Positions 1-9,391 of a stretch of 55,062 nt of DNA are shown one piece after another. Positions within the stretch are counted from its first letter, which is position 1; every line of letters begins with the position of its first letter. The notes under the pieces were generated by a model that saw nothing but the letters and a program-made list of their open reading frames with translations, did not search any database and was not told where the DNA came from. Where the stretch lies: the sequence record DRR723986_11243. The stretch is one strand, 5' to 3'. The position numbers and the translations under genes were made by a program.

Positions 1-76
1 AATGATATATCATTATAAACAGCTCAATCAAAAAGAATGATTTAATTAATTTTATCTAAAACTCTAATTTGTCAAA

Positions 77-778
77 ATGAATTTAATCGATAAAGTTTAT
101 ATAATAACAGGAGGTAGTTCTGGCCTAGGAAAAGCTTTTGCGCATGAATTGAAAGTAAATTTTGCTGATGTAATAATTACCGGCCGTGATTTAGAAAAGT
201 TAAAAAGCGTAAGCGAAGAGCTGGGATGTAGCTATTTTCATGCAGATGTTACCATTGATGAGGAAATAGATGCTTTGATGGAATTTACATTGAAGAAGTT
301 TAAAAAACTAGACGGTATCATTAATAATGCAGGTATTGGTGGATGGGCGCCTGTTGAAGAATTGACGCGCGAAAAAATGCAAGAAGTATACAACGTAAAT
401 GTGTTTGGAGCAGCAATGATGGGGGCAAAAGCAGCTAAAATTTTTAAAGAACAAAATTTTGGAACAATTGTGAATATCGCTTCAACGGCTTCCTTGAAAG
501 GTTATAAAAATGGATCGATTTATGCTTCGTCTAAATTTGCGTTAAGAGGCATGACTCAATGCTGGCAGGCTGAATTGAGACCTTTCAATGTAAGAGTGAT
601 TCAGATCAATCCTTCAGAAGTCCCTACAGCATTTGGAGTGGATGACAGAACTGAAAGGAGTTTAGAGGAAAACAAGCTGACACCCAAAGAAATCGCAGAT
701 GTATTGATTTCCAGTCTAAAAATGGATGAAAGAGGATTTGTGCCTGAAGTTTCAGTGTTTGCAACTAATCCTTTTTAG
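77..778 (+). CDS. SDR family oxidoreductase
   Basis: TGGSSGLG Rossmann motif, NNAG, catalytic S and YASSK (YxxxK). Confidence 0.93.
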   Translation: MNLIDKVYIITGGSSGLGKAFAHELKVNFADVIITGRDLEKLKSVSEELGCSYFHADVTIDEEIDALMEFTLKKFKKLDGIINNAGIGGWAPVEELTREKMQEVYNVNVFGAAMMGAKAAKIFKEQNFGTIVNIASTASLKGYKNGSIYASSKFALRGMTQCWQAELRPFNVRVIQINPSEVPTAFGVDDRTERSLEENKLTPKEIADVLISSLKMDERGFVPEVSVFATNPF

Positions 779-896
779 GATTCAATAGCTTCTCTGTCAA
801 TAGGGTAGAGCCTCCTAAATTCAATAAATTCTTGTCAATTCCTTTATTAGGACGTTTAGTCGTTTGTTTTAATGGAGTAGATAGCATTTTCGTCAT
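765..896 (-). CDS. Putative 43-aa small protein MTKMLSTPLKQTTKRPNKGIDKNLLNLGGSTLLTEKLLNPKKD (not in ORF track)
   Basis: Translated by hand: ATG at 896, TAG at 767-765. A-rich leader and a correctly spaced sigma54-like promoter just upstream. Confidence 0.5.
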   Translation of the reverse strand: MTKMLSTPLKQTTKRPNKGIDKNLLNLGGSTLLTEKLLNPKKD

Positions 897-921
897 TTTT
901 ATGGTTTCTATTTTAAGTTAA

Positions 922-938
922 TACAATTCACGTGCCGA
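922..938 (-). promoter_or_regulatory. sigma54-like -24/-12 promoter
   Basis: Minus strand reads TCGGCACG-TGAA-TTGTA: GG-N10-GT against consensus TGGCACG-N4-TTGC. Confidence 0.5.
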
Positions 939-977
939 AAAGTTCTAAATGATTAGAATGTAGGTTTGATTGATTTA

Positions 978-992
978 TCCGGGATTCCCGAA
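978..992. promoter_or_regulatory. GC-rich palindrome, candidate enhancer-binding-protein site
   Basis: tCCGGGATTCCCGaa, with core CGGGA-T-TCCCG, in AT-rich intergenic DNA about 75 bp upstream of the predicted sigma54 start. Confidence 0.4.
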
Positions 993-1036
993 TCTAATAG
1001 TTTAACCTACTAATTATGATCTATTTGAACAAAACA

Positions 1037-1066
1037 TTTGTTTTTTCGCCATAATAATTACATTTG
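1037..1066 (+). promoter_or_regulatory. Bacteroidota housekeeping promoter (-33/-7)
   Basis: TTTG (1037-1040), N18, TACATTTG (1059-1066) upstream of 1092. Confidence 0.6.
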
Positions 1067-1091
1067 CTTTAAACGATATTAAATTAATAAA

Positions 1092-1718
1092 ATGAAAAAT
1101 TGGAAATTATTCTTCTCAGCTTTATTCGCTGTTGCCGTAATATCTTGCGGAGGCGGAGATACAGATGCAGAAGATCTGTCAGATTTAGTGAACGAGACTA
1201 CTGACGAATTGATGGGTAACGATAAACCTGGTGATTGTTCTAAATCTTCTGTTGAAGATTGGGATAATTTTATCGGAATCGAATACAAAACAAACGAACT
1301 TGATTTAGAAGATAAAATCGGAAAGTTCACTGGAGGAGAATATACGGCAGATTCATCTGCTTTCATCTATTACTTTAAAAGAGTGGATAGAGCACCAGTA
1401 ACTGTTTGGGTGAATGGTAAAACTGGAGCCGTAGAAACAATTTTCGTTGAAGTATTAGGATATGAAGAGTATTTTGACGGTGACGTTAAAGATTTGAAGA
1501 AAGAATTCAAATTAGAAGATTGTGACACAAAATGGTTTGGTATGCATCCTGATGAGTTGATTAAAGAAATGGGTAAACCAGATAAAGATGAGGAGAAAGC
1601 TGACGGTGTTAGATCAATTTTCTACGATTCTAAAGATTATGACATTTCAGTAAATTTTAAATTCTACGAATCTCAAGGAGGAATGTGCTCTTCGATTTCA
1701 GTGAATTGGTTCTACTAG
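1092..1718 (+). CDS. Acidic hypothetical lipoprotein with an apparent two-fold internal repeat
   Basis: Lipobox AVISC; two similar segments (FIGIEYKTNELDLEDKIGK and WFGMHPDELIKEMGKPD). Confidence 0.8.
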   Translation: MKNWKLFFSALFAVAVISCGGGDTDAEDLSDLVNETTDELMGNDKPGDCSKSSVEDWDNFIGIEYKTNELDLEDKIGKFTGGEYTADSSAFIYYFKRVDRAPVTVWVNGKTGAVETIFVEVLGYEEYFDGDVKDLKKEFKLEDCDTKWFGMHPDELIKEMGKPDKDEEKADGVRSIFYDSKDYDISVNFKFYESQGGMCSSISVNWFY

Positions 1719-1739
1719 ATTAATTTAAAATCAATAACT

Positions 1740-1985
1740 ATGAAAATTAAACATTTAACAGCTGCACTAGGTTGTTCAGTTGTACTTTTAACTTCTTGTA
1801 TCAAAGAATATGGTTGCACTTGTGAGCATGTTGTGACAGAAGGAAGCCAAATGGATAGCACTTGGACAACAGAGACAACTGTCACAAATGATAATAAAAA
1901 GGATGCACAAGCAAACTGTGAATATCTTGGTGGGACAAATTATAGCGGTCAAACAGTAATTGAAGAGACCTGTACTTTGAATTAA
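1740..1985 (+). CDS. Small Cys-rich lipoprotein
   Basis: Lipobox LLTSC followed by CTC...C...C; follows 1092 gene and shares its terminator. Confidence 0.8.
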   Translation: MKIKHLTAALGCSVVLLTSCIKEYGCTCEHVVTEGSQMDSTWTTETTVTNDNKKDAQANCEYLGGTNYSGQTVIEETCTLN

Positions 1986-2009
1986 AACTCAGATTCATTC
2001 AATAATTAT

Positions 2010-2044
2010 AAAGGTCTAGTTTATAATAACTAGGCCTTTTTTTA
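2010..2044. terminator. Bidirectional intrinsic terminator
   Basis: aaggtctagtt-tataat-aactaggcctt followed by a T run, between convergent genes. Confidence 0.75.
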
Positions 2045-2473
2045 TTGATATCCATTAACCATCTCAAGTGCAACACGACTCTTTAAAAATTGGCCATGCC
2101 CACTTCCACATAAGCGACCCTTTTCATCATATAACTTTGAGCTCGCTGAAAACATTTGGCCCGATTCAAATTCCATCTTGCCTTCCGCGTAAATCTTACC
2201 TCCAAATATTGGACGCAATAATTGCGTGTTAAAGGCCGTGGTCACTATAAAATTATCTAGGATTACGGACTGACATGCAAAGTAAGCGGCATCATCCAAT
2301 AACTTAAAATAAACAGAGCCATGTGTGGACATTCCGGCATGAAAAAATCGATTATCTTTCATTTCTAAGTCGATTCTTGCCTTGTTTTCTTCAACAGAAA
2401 GCTGAATTCCTTCATAAAAATTGTGAATTGGTGCGGCATTATACATGCGAACTAGTCTTTCAAAATGGTCCAT
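2042..2473 (-). CDS. PaaI family (hotdog fold) thioesterase
   Basis: HGSVYFKLLDDA motif, T-x-F-N-T-Q-L-L-R-P, 143 aa. Confidence 0.88.
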   Translation of the reverse strand: MDHFERLVRMYNAAPIHNFYEGIQLSVEENKARIDLEMKDNRFFHAGMSTHGSVYFKLLDDAAYFACQSVILDNFIVTTAFNTQLLRPIFGGKIYAEGKMEFESGQMFSASSKLYDEKGRLCGSGHGQFLKSRVALEMVNGYQ

Positions 2474-2552
2474 TTATCAATGATTTCGATTTATTTGGCG
2501 TAAAAGTACTTAACCTTTTTTGAAAACAATTTGAAATCGTTAAATTCGTGGG

Positions 2553-2584
2553 TCCAATCAAACCTGATAGTTATCAGGATTGGA
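2553..2584 (+). promoter_or_regulatory. Hairpin/palindrome at the start of the aconitase leader
   Basis: TCCAAT-caaa-CCTGA-tagtta-TCAGG-ATTGGA just downstream of the near-consensus -7 element TAAATTCG (2541-2548). Confidence 0.5.
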
Positions 2585-2633
2585 TAGTACACTAACCCGT
2601 TCTTTTTAAGAACATAATTAATTAAATCTCTAT

Positions 2634-4901
2634 ATGGCTTTTGATATCGACATGATAAAAGAAGTTTACGCAAGATACCCTGAGCGAATTGCAGCAGCGC
2701 GTAAAATCGTAAACAAACCTTTGACACTTTCTGAAAAGATTTTATATACCCACTTATGGGATAACCCTTTGACTGCTCCTTATGAAAGAGGAAAGTCTTA
2801 TGTTGATTTCGATCCAGATAGAGTTGCTATGCAAGATGCAACGGCTCAAATGGCCTTATTGCAATTTATGCAAGCCGGAAAAGCTAAAGTAGCTGTTCCT
2901 TCAACTGCACACGCAGATCACTTGATTCAAGCGAGAGACGGTGCTAAAGCAGATATGGAAAGATCAAATCACACAAACGGTGAGGTATTTGATTTCTTAT
3001 CTTCAGTTTGCGATAAATACGGAATCGGTTTCTGGAAACCAGGTGCTGGAATCATTCACCAAGTAGTTCTTGAAAATTATGCATTCCCTGGTGGAATGAT
3101 GATCGGAACAGATTCACATACTGTAAATGCAGGTGGATTAGGAATGGTTGCAATCGGTGTTGGTGGAGCTGATGCAGTAGATGTAATGGCTGGAATGGCA
3201 TGGGAATTAAAATTTCCAAAACTAATTGGCGTAAAATTAACAGGTAAATTGAGCGGCTGGACTGCTCCTAAAGACGTAATTCTTAAAGTAGCTGGTATTG
3301 TTTCAGCTAAAGGAGGAACAGGAGCTATTGTTGAATACTTCGGAGAAGGAGCGCTTTCTTTATCATGTACTGGTAAAGGAACAATCTGTAACATGGGTGC
3401 TGAAATTGGAGCAACAACTTCAACATTCGGTTATGATGACTCTATGAGAAGATATCTAAATGCAACAGGTAGAGCTGACGTTGTTGAAGCTGCAGATAAA
3501 GTAGCTGAGCACCTAACAGGAGACCCTGAAGTATATGCGAACCCTGAGCAATATTTTGATCAAGTAATTGAAATCAATTTAGATGAATTAACTCCACACT
3601 TAAATGGACCGTTTACGCCAGATTTAGCGACACCGGTTGCGGAAATGAAAGCTGCTGCTGCAAAAAATGATTGGCCAACTGATATTGAGTGGGCTTTAAT
3701 TGGATCTTGTACTAACTCGTCTTATGAAGATTTGACAAGAGCAGCTTCTATTGTAAAAGACGCAACTGATAAGGGGGTTGAGGCTAAAGCAAAATTAGGA
3801 ATCAACCCTGGTTCTGAACAAGTAAGATACACTGCAGAAAGAGATGGTTTGATGGATATTTTTAATTCATTAAACGGAACAACAATCTTCACCAACGCTT
3901 GTGGACCATGTATTGGACAATGGGATAGAGCAGGAGCTGAAAAAGAAGAAGTGAATTCAATCGTTCACTCATTCAACAGAAATTTTAGAAAAAGAGCAGA
4001 CGGAAATCCAAATACAATGGCCTTCGTGACTTCACCTGAAATGGTTGCTGCAGTAGCATTGTCAGGAAAGTTAGATTTTAATCCAATGACGGATACGCTT
4101 ACCAATAAAAATGGTGAAGCAGTTAAGTTATCTGATCCAACAGGTATTGAATTACCTCCTAAAGGATTTGCAGTTGAAGATAACGGATATCAAGCACCAG
4201 CAGAAGATGGTAGCAAAGTTGAGGTGAAAGTTAGTCCTTCTTCAGATAGACTTCAATTATTAACTCCTTTTAAACCTTGGGATGGTAACAACATCACCGG
4301 AGCGAAGCTTTTAATTAAAGCTCATGGTAAATGTACTACTGACCACATTTCAATGGCAGGACCTTGGTTGAAATACAGAGGGCACTTAGATAATATTTCA
4401 AACAACTGTTTAATTGGAGCCATCAACGCTTACAATATGGAGGCGAATAAGGTTAAAAATCAATTAACAGGTGAATATGCAGAGGTTCCTGCTACAGCAA
4501 GAGCTTATAAAGCTGCTGGGGTGACTTCAGTAGTTGTTGGCGATCATAATTATGGTGAAGGTTCTTCAAGAGAACATGCTGCTATGGAGCCAAGACACTT
4601 GGGTGTAATGGCGGTTATCGTAAAATCATTCGCTAGAATTCACGAAACAAACTTGAAGAAACAAGGTATGTTAGGTTTGACCTTTGCAAATGAAGCAGAT
4701 TACGATAAAATTCAAGAAGATGATACGTTCGATTTTGTTGACTTGGTTGATTTTACTGAAGGAAAACAATTAACGTTGAAAGTAACTCATGCGGATGGTT
4801 CATCAGAAAACATCATGTTGAATCACACGTATAATGAAGCGCAGATTGATTGGTTTAAAGCAGGTTCAGCGTTAAACTTAATCAAACAACAAAATAACTA
4901 A
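2634..4901 (+). CDS. acnA: Aconitate hydratase, mitochondrial-type
   Basis: [40 protein letters not shown] (Fe-S Cys ligands), [18 protein letters not shown]; 755 aa. Confidence 0.97.
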   Translation: MAFDIDMIKEVYARYPERIAAARKIVNKPLTLSEKILYTHLWDNPLTAPYERGKSYVDFDPDRVAMQDATAQMALLQFMQAGKAKVAVPSTAHADHLIQARDGAKADMERSNHTNGEVFDFLSSVCDKYGIGFWKPGAGIIHQVVLENYAFPGGMMIGTDSHTVNAGGLGMVAIGVGGADAVDVMAGMAWELKFPKLIGVKLTGKLSGWTAPKDVILKVAGIVSAKGGTGAIVEYFGEGALSLSCTGKGTICNMGAEIGATTSTFGYDDSMRRYLNATGRADVVEAADKVAEHLTGDPEVYANPEQYFDQVIEINLDELTPHLNGPFTPDLATPVAEMKAAAAKNDWPTDIEWALIGSCTNSSYEDLTRAASIVKDATDKGVEAKAKLGINPGSEQVRYTAERDGLMDIFNSLNGTTIFTNACGPCIGQWDRAGAEKEEVNSIVHSFNRNFRKRADGNPNTMAFVTSPEMVAAVALSGKLDFNPMTDTLTNKNGEAVKLSDPTGIELPPKGFAVEDNGYQAPAEDGSKVEVKVSPSSDRLQLLTPFKPWDGNNITGAKLLIKAHGKCTTDHISMAGPWLKYRGHLDNISNNCLIGAINAYNMEANKVKNQLTGEYAEVPATARAYKAAGVTSVVVGDHNYGEGSSREHAAMEPRHLGVMAVIVKSFARIHETNLKKQGMLGLTFANEADYDKIQEDDTFDFVDLVDFTEGKQLTLKVTHADGSSENIMLNHTYNEAQIDWFKAGSALNLIKQQNN

Positions 4902-4918
4902 TCTACTTTAAAATAAAT

Positions 4919-4951
4919 AGGCCCATTCGCAAAAGCGGATGGGCTTTTTTT
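4919..4951 (+). terminator. Intrinsic terminator
   Basis: gcccattcgc-aaaa-gcggatgggc followed by T7. Confidence 0.85.
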
Positions 4952-4975
4952 ATTTAAAAAGCTTACATTTATTCT

Positions 4976-5797
4976 ATGCGAGATTTTTATTTATTTGAAG
5001 CAGGAGCTACGAAAACAGCTTTTATCAAAGTTCAAGATAAGGGAGAAGAAGAAATGATTCTACCTCCCTACAATCCAAACAGAAACTATGACGCTTTTGA
5101 AATTGCCATTAATGAGGGGATTGAAATAGAGAAAAACGCAAACATATTCTTTTATGGTGCTGGTTTAGGAAGCGAAGGAAATAAAGAACTCACAAAACTA
5201 TTGTTCCAAAAACATGAACCAAAAAGTCTGAAAGTTTATGATGATATCATAGGAGGTGCAAGAGCATGTTATTCTGATCAGCCGGGAATTGTATGTCTAA
5301 TGGGTACCGGAGGACTGGCTTCATATTATAATGGAAAGACGATAGAGAAGAGAAGAGGGGGCTATGGCTATTTAATTGATGATTTAGGCGGTGGTTTTGA
5401 ACTTGGAAAAAGATTTGTAGCGCTTTGGCTAAATAATGATTTATCAAAACGAGGAGAAGACATTTTGAAGGAAAAATTGGACTTCGATAAAGATACCTTT
5501 TTAAAAACCTTATATGAAGTCCAAGATATTGACCTCATTTCGAATTTGGTACCTTTTGTTCTGCAGTTTGAAGATGAGCCTATAGTTGCAGAGCTTATTA
5601 CGAATTATTTTGACGATTTCATCAAACATCAAGTATCTCCTCTATGTGCACACTATAATTGCCAAAGTTTTTCTGTTGTTGGATCGGTCGGTTTTTACTT
5701 CTACAGATGGCTCGTAAAATCCGCAAAAAAAGTCGACTTATCTATTGATCAATGCGTACAAAATCCAATTAGAAGACTAGTAAAATACCATTCTTAG
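4976..5797 (+). CDS. BadF/N-acetylglucosamine kinase-like ATPase (ASKHA fold)
   Basis: EAGATKT phosphate loop, FFYGAG, GTGG, GYGYLIDDLGGG, VVGSV. Confidence 0.8.
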   Translation: MRDFYLFEAGATKTAFIKVQDKGEEEMILPPYNPNRNYDAFEIAINEGIEIEKNANIFFYGAGLGSEGNKELTKLLFQKHEPKSLKVYDDIIGGARACYSDQPGIVCLMGTGGLASYYNGKTIEKRRGGYGYLIDDLGGGFELGKRFVALWLNNDLSKRGEDILKEKLDFDKDTFLKTLYEVQDIDLISNLVPFVLQFEDEPIVAELITNYFDDFIKHQVSPLCAHYNCQSFSVVGSVGFYFYRWLVKSAKKVDLSIDQCVQNPIRRLVKYHS

Positions 5798-5931
5798 CGC
5801 TATTGTAATACTCACATTTAAGCGTCATCTGGCTAAAACCAATTTTGGTCTAGTGATTTCATGAGTTAGTAGAAATTAACGTAACCTTTTGAATTATAAT
5901 TCGGATATTTATAATAAGCAATTAGCATTCT

Positions 5932-6339
5932 ATGGAAGCATTAAGAATACCAGCAACTGTCAAAACTCCTGAAGTTTTATTTGATCCTGTAAATAAGGTA
6001 TTTGAGATAAAAGGAAAATCAATTCCAGATAACGCAGAAGAATTTTATGCGGATATTTTGGCATGGTTTGATGATTATGTAGCTAACCCTGCCTCAGAAA
6101 CTGTTCTGAAAATTGATTTAGAATATTTCAATATATCTTCCTCTAAAAGATTACTTTTTTTACTGTATAAATTAAATGAATTAGCTGATAAAGAATTAGC
6201 TGTAAAAGTTCACTGGTATCATAATGAGTCTGATGAAGATATGTTTGAAGTCGGTCAGGATTATGCCTTTATGGTGAAAGTACCTTTCGATTTCATAAGC
6301 TATTCGCTTAACCAAAGAACCTTGGTAGAGGCTTCTTAA
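5932..6339 (+). CDS. DUF1987 / SiaC-family protein
   Basis: TPEV.FD, KGKSIPDNAEEFY, LEYFN(I)SSSK, VHWYH...DEDM.E.G. Confidence 0.85.
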   Translation: MEALRIPATVKTPEVLFDPVNKVFEIKGKSIPDNAEEFYADILAWFDDYVANPASETVLKIDLEYFNISSSKRLLFLLYKLNELADKELAVKVHWYHNESDEDMFEVGQDYAFMVKVPFDFISYSLNQRTLVEAS

Positions 6340-6364
6340 ATATTATTACAATTAGTTTTTTTTT

Positions 6365-6399
6365 ACCCTGATCGGATCTTAATTCGGTCAGGGTTTTTT
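6365..6399 (+). terminator. Intrinsic terminator
   Basis: accctgatcgga-tcttaa-ttcggtcagggt followed by a T run. Confidence 0.8.
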
Positions 6400-6504
6400 G
6401 TTAATTATCCTTAATAATATGAGACAAGTTTGAAGAAAGGATAATAATGTTCGTTAATTCACGATATTGTTTATACTTTTGCTCCGATTTTAAATCCCCA
6501 TAGA

Positions 6505-7158
6505 ATGGAAAATAACAATATGCTTGCTAAGGTTTCTTTAGGTATTAATGCAGTTCTAATTATAGCTGTAATCTTTTTATTTGTAAAAATGCCTGGTGGA
6601 GGTAGCGGTGCAGAAGAAATTGCAGAGGATTCAACTTCTGTAAATATTCAAAATGACGGTGAAATGACCATAGCATATTACAACGGTGACTCATTAAATA
6701 CTACAGATTTTGTTTTAGAGCTTCAAACGCAAATGGAGGCTGTACAGATGAAAGGTGAGCAAAAGTTAGCCAGTACCCAAAAAGAGGTTGAAAATTGGCA
6801 AGCTAAATGGGCAAAGAAAAGCGAAACTGGATTATTGCCTAGAGAGCAGGAACAGTATTATAAAGAAGCTGCAGAAATGGAGCAAAAAATGGCTTATGCT
6901 CAGCAAGACGCTCAAATGCAAGCAGCTCAAGAAACTGAGCAGTTAATGATTACTCTTTATACAAGAATTCAAATGTATTCTAAATCATTTGCAGAAAAAA
7001 ATAACATTGATTTGATGTTACAATATCAATTGGGGAATAATATTTCTTATGTTGCTCCTCACATGGATGTTACCGAGAAATTCATGAATCACGTGAATGC
7101 TGAATACAACAGTACTTTTGAATCTGACGAATCTGAGGATGGAGAAGCTGCTGAGTAA
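6505..7158 (+). CDS. OmpH/Skp family outer-membrane chaperone
   Basis: N-terminal TM, IAYYNGDSL, Q/E-rich coiled coil, C-terminal Y..P..DVT; TACTTTTG promoter at 6474-6481. Confidence 0.8.
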   Translation: MENNNMLAKVSLGINAVLIIAVIFLFVKMPGGGSGAEEIAEDSTSVNIQNDGEMTIAYYNGDSLNTTDFVLELQTQMEAVQMKGEQKLASTQKEVENWQAKWAKKSETGLLPREQEQYYKEAAEMEQKMAYAQQDAQMQAAQETEQLMITLYTRIQMYSKSFAEKNNIDLMLQYQLGNNISYVAPHMDVTEKFMNHVNAEYNSTFESDESEDGEAAE

Positions 7159-7709
7159 TGTTAATTGCTAAGAAAACCAAAGAAAATAATATTGCCGAAC
7201 ATGTTATTTACATGTTTCAAATTGAAGATTTAATCAGGGCAAATAATCTTGATTTAGATAGCATCATCAATGGAATAATTGCGCCTCAAATTTCGGATGA
7301 GGCCTTGTTGAAAGAATACACAGCTTGGTATGCTGGTTTGATAAAGCAAATGAAATCAGAAGGCATTGAAAAGCAAGGGCACCTATCTGATATTAATGAA
7401 ATCATCATGGAACTGCTTATGCTGCACAATACCATGTTAAATGTGCTTAACGATAAAGGCTATAAAGAGCGTTTCGAGAAAGCACTTCCAGCGCTTAAAG
7501 ATTTTCAAGCAAAAAGTAATTCAGCAAACATCAATATAGTTGAAGTTGGCGTCAATGCCCTTTATAGCAAAATGATCCTTAAATTAAAGGGGCAAAAATT
7601 TACGGCTTCAACCGAAGAAGCATTCGCTCATATTTCGCAAATGATAGGCTACCTCGCAATTTATTACAAAAAGATGCGTAATGGTGATTTGAATTTTGCA
7701 AATAATTAA
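7158..7709 (+). CDS. DUF4924 family protein
   Basis: MLIA...KENNIAE..IYMFQIEDLIRA, WY.GLI..M..EG....GHL; TAATG coupling to ompH. Confidence 0.8.
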   Translation: MLIAKKTKENNIAEHVIYMFQIEDLIRANNLDLDSIINGIIAPQISDEALLKEYTAWYAGLIKQMKSEGIEKQGHLSDINEIIMELLMLHNTMLNVLNDKGYKERFEKALPALKDFQAKSNSANINIVEVGVNALYSKMILKLKGQKFTASTEEAFAHISQMIGYLAIYYKKMRNGDLNFANN

Positions 7710-7776
7710 CAAAACCTATCGTTTTTTAGAGTAAATCGTGAATAATTAATCGTAGATTAGTCTTCAAAACCCACCT

Positions 7777-8700
7777 GTGCTAGACCGTTTTTTATATTAT
7801 TGCGTGGCACTACCTTGGTCCGTAATGCCTCTATGGCTCATCTACTTGCTGTCAGATGTGTTTTATCTTGTGATCAGGTTTGTGGTTCCTTATCGTAAAA
7901 AGGTGGTTCTTGAAAACATTAAGAATTCCTTTCCCGACTTATCAGATACAGAACATAAAAAAATAGCTAAGAAATTTTATAAGTATTTCTCTAATTTATT
8001 TGCTGAATCCATAAAAAATCTGACCATTTCTGAAAAAAATTTAAGAAAGCGGCTGACTGTAAAGAATCCCGAAATAATGGAAGACCTCAGAAGAGAGGAC
8101 AGAGATGTATTGTTTTTATCTAGTCATTATAACAATTGGGAGTTCTTGATTAATGGTCAAAGTTTATTATTTAATTTTCAGGCAATCGGAATTGGAATGC
8201 CGCTGAGTAATAAATTTTGGGATGAAAAATTGAATGCTAGACGAGAGCGTTTTGGTATGAAAGTAGTGAACTCGAACAATTATCGAGAAGTCCTTTCATC
8301 CTATTCAGATAGTTTAACGGCTACCTTAATCCTCAACGATCAATCGCCCGGAAAAAATGAGAACTGTTATTGGTGCACTTTTTTAGGGCAAGAAACAGCC
8401 TTTTATTTTGGAGCAGAAATTATGGCAAACCAAATGGATGCTGCTGTAGTTAACGCTATTATCCACAAAAAAAAACGTGGTTATTATGAACTTGAATTGG
8501 AATTAATCACGAAAGATCCAAAATCTGAAGAATACGGAGCCATCACTAATAAATATGTTGATGCATTAGAAAAAGCTATAATTGATCAACCTGAATACTG
8601 GTTATGGTCGCATAAGCGTTGGAAAAAAGGCGTTCCGGAGAATCTCAGCGAATTAAAAGCCAATCATAAAAAGAGGTTTCTAGAAAAGTTTAGATCCTAA
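7777..8700 (+). CDS. Lipid A biosynthesis (LpxL/HtrB-like) lysophospholipid acyltransferase
   Basis: HYNNWE, DQSP, PEYWLWSHKRWK; GTG start. Confidence 0.88.
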   Translation: MLDRFLYYCVALPWSVMPLWLIYLLSDVFYLVIRFVVPYRKKVVLENIKNSFPDLSDTEHKKIAKKFYKYFSNLFAESIKNLTISEKNLRKRLTVKNPEIMEDLRREDRDVLFLSSHYNNWEFLINGQSLLFNFQAIGIGMPLSNKFWDEKLNARRERFGMKVVNSNNYREVLSSYSDSLTATLILNDQSPGKNENCYWCTFLGQETAFYFGAEIMANQMDAAVVNAIIHKKKRGYYELELELITKDPKSEEYGAITNKYVDALEKAIIDQPEYWLWSHKRWKKGVPENLSELKANHKKRFLEKFRS

Positions 8701-9299
8701 GATTTTGGGAACTTAGGCAATGCCTTCACTTTTTTAGCCTGCTCAATATGTCGCTCACAATGATAGACAATGTACTGGAATGCGTCTCCAATTCTCAATT
8801 TAACAATCGGTCTGATTGAAAATGAAGTTTTGGTTTTACGCAAGTTGATTTTTTTTGCGTCTTCAAATATTTGACTTAACTCCTTTTGAAATGTCAGAAA
8901 TTCTTCGATAGGGTTTTCAGAATCCAGGTTTTTATTGATCAAAGGGTTGTAATCTTTAGGCGATTTCAGTTTACGTTTAACGTTTTTAACTTTCCCTAAT
9001 TTAACCATCATGTAAGTAGAGTTGCCTAATGGAGAACTCTGAAAAAACTCTGCTGCTTCTTGAAATCTGGAATTTTGAACCCTTTCGGTAAAAACAGGAA
9101 CATAGTAACGGTAATAAGCATTTAGATGTGTTAAACATTGACCAATGCTCCAAGAAGATTTGTCCGGTTGCCAATACAATTGATCCTCACTAAGATCTCC
9201 AAATTCTTTGCGTACCTCTTCAGAAAGTTTATTCGTTAAGCTGCTTAAATGCTTAAGTAATACCTCTGATTTTATTTTCTTCATGAGTGGATTTGCCAT
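8697..9299 (-). CDS. DinB family protein
   Basis: WSIGQCLTHL and H.ERHIEQA His motifs; TATATTTG promoter at 9319-9326 (minus strand). Confidence 0.85.
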   Translation of the reverse strand: MANPLMKKIKSEVLLKHLSSLTNKLSEEVRKEFGDLSEDQLYWQPDKSSWSIGQCLTHLNAYYRYYVPVFTERVQNSRFQEAAEFFQSSPLGNSTYMMVKLGKVKNVKRKLKSPKDYNPLINKNLDSENPIEEFLTFQKELSQIFEDAKKINLRKTKTSFSIRPIVKLRIGDAFQYIVYHCERHIEQAKKVKALPKFPKS

Positions 9300-9391
9300 A
9301 TCATTTCAATATCCGCCTCAAATATAGAGAATTAAATGTGCCGACTGAAAAATTTATTTTTTAGTTCAATCATTTTATGCACAACCAAAAT

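Noticed and set aside
1-16. Perfect palindrome AATGATATATCATT resembling a Fur box
   Set aside because: It has one extra central base relative to the Fur consensus, is truncated by the window edge, and probably lies in the 3' end of an upstream CDS (frame ending TGA at 38-40).
765-896. Double-glycine RiPP/bacteriocin precursor reading of the 43-aa peptide (LLNLGG|STLL)
   Set aside because: Poor match to the LSxxELxxIxGG leader, and no peptidase-ABC transporter or modifying enzymes are nearby.
9328-9345. Second sigma54-like GGCAC upstream of the DinB gene (minus strand)
   Set aside because: No TTG at the -12 position, and a consensus TATATTTG housekeeping element explains the promoter.
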